64,000 nucleotides of DNA from Entomortierella parvispora E1425 (lineage: Eukaryota > Fungi > Mortierellomycota): contig BQFW01000004.1 in NCBI GenBank assembly GCA_020891255.1, forward strand, positions 1,488,001-1,552,000. Reading direction: 5' to 3'. The translations under genes and the position numbers were made by a program. This document shows positions 62,996 through 64,000 of this stretch, piece by piece; within the stretch, counting starts at the first letter, position 1; the number at the start of each line of letters is the position of its first letter. The notes under the pieces were generated by a model. It had not been told where the DNA came from and did not search any database. It was given only the letters and a program-made list of their open reading frames with translations.

Positions 62996-63128
62996 ACATC
63001 AAAAGAGAATTAAAAGAACCAAGCCCTATATCCATTTCACTTTCTTGACTTTCGTTCAGGAGTTGCTTTATTGTATGCAATTGCAACTGAATGCGATAAT
63101 GTACATGCTGTAAGCCAAAAACAAGTAT

Positions 63129-64000
63129 TTACAAAAAGAATGGGTCATCATTCTGTATATCAAGGTCAAACCCTTGCTCCTCAAACCAGTACAAGACGTC
63201 ACTCTTGGCCTGGTAAAGGGACTCTTCTGACATCCGGATGACTTTGAGGGGTGCAATTCGAGGTAACCACAGATTATTTTTAACATCAGATTGATCGTTG
63301 GTACCCATTGAGTCGCCATGTCCGCCGTCCTCCTCTTCCTCTTCCTCCTTTTCTCCTTCCACTCCATCAATCCGTCCATCTTCCTTACTCTCATCCCCGG
63401 CATCCTGGTCATTTTTGGATGACATATCGTCTAACACAACGCCTTCTGGAAATTCCAGACCGCGACCAAAGTGTTGTCCGATAAACTCAAGTTCCTCATC
63501 CCTGAAGGAAAGCCCTCTTGACATTGTTACATCCCAAACTTCAAGATTCTTTTGGAGGCCGGGGACAAGGAGATCCAAACCGTCCTGTAGCCGGATCCGA
63601 AAGTTCAGTGTTGCCATATTCAAGTGTCGCAGTCCCGAGAGCCGACCAAGTCGGTAGTAAAACGAGCGCAGATATGCCAGGTTTTCAGGGTTGTGGAACA
63701 AGCAGACGTGGCGACGGCTTGCAGGTGCTTGCTCATCACCACTACCGTCGCTGTCCTCCGAGTCCGAGCCCAGATCCGATCCCATGTCTGATCCAAAGTC
63801 TGACCCCGATTCCCAGTCCGCGAACGACTCGTGCATCTCCAAATCAGCCGGAGATTGTGGATCCTGAGCCTGGTCTGTTTCTGGTTCTTGTGGATCTTCG
63901 ATATTGTTGGGGTGGCCAGCTTCCTCTGCGTCCTGAGACTCTTGATTCGCCTCTGAAGCAAGTTCAGTTCGCTTGCAAGCTTCCACGGGTATCGAAATCT
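63129..64000 (-). CDS. C-terminal part of an F-box/RNI-like LRR-type protein (5' end outside window)
   Basis: YLRSFYYRLGRLSGLRHLNM..FRIRLQDGLDLL..L..W..ELEFIGQHF resembles the C-terminus of the 50.6-52.5 kb protein (VYSQLAALSKLRVL..LKLDSGLGLL..ELQWM). Acidic linkers are present. Confidence 0.62.
   Translation of the reverse strand, partial: ISIPVEACKRTELASEANQESQDAEEAGHPNNIEDPQEPETDQAQDPQSPADLEMHESFADWESGSDFGSDMGSDLGSDSEDSDGSGDEQAPASRRHVCLFHNPENLAYLRSFYYRLGRLSGLRHLNMATLNFRIRLQDGLDLLVPGLQKNLEVWDVTMSRGLSFRDEELEFIGQHFGRGLEFPEGVVLDDMSSKNDQDAGDESKEDGRIDGVEGEKEEEEEEDGGHGDSMGTNDQSDVKNNLWLPRIAPLKVIRMSEESLYQAKSDVLYWFEEQGFDLDIQNDDPFFL

Overview
Intron-rich fungal genomic DNA, almost certainly Mortierellaceae: the delta-9 desaturase closely resembles Mortierella alpina Ole1p as I recall it, and Mortierella-type F-box/LRR and BTB genes are present. 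The window holds about 19 protein-coding genes: transketolase (partial), glutathione reductase, a BTB protein, a CLYBL-like lyase, a giant glycogenin, an SDR, New1/Elf1, a YANK kinase, uS15m, OLE1, acyl-CoA oxidase, an SH3-TBC protein, catalase, two F-box/LRR-like proteins, an SGNH-type protein, LMBRD1 and Aladin. It also holds a tRNA-Leu(UAG) and an intronic snR67-snR53 C/D snoRNA pair. The standout is an accessory block at about 35.2-43.0 kb. A decayed Crypton/Ndc10-like fragment is followed by an intact 4-exon gene of 1,565 aa that joins an N-terminal XPG/FEN1-type PIN 5'-nuclease to a C-terminal Fanzor/TnpB-type RuvC + zinc-finger module. The predicted catalytic residues of both nucleases are present, and a hairpin-rich 3' region could encode the omega-RNA. 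All domain calls come from motif recognition by eye; no searches were run.
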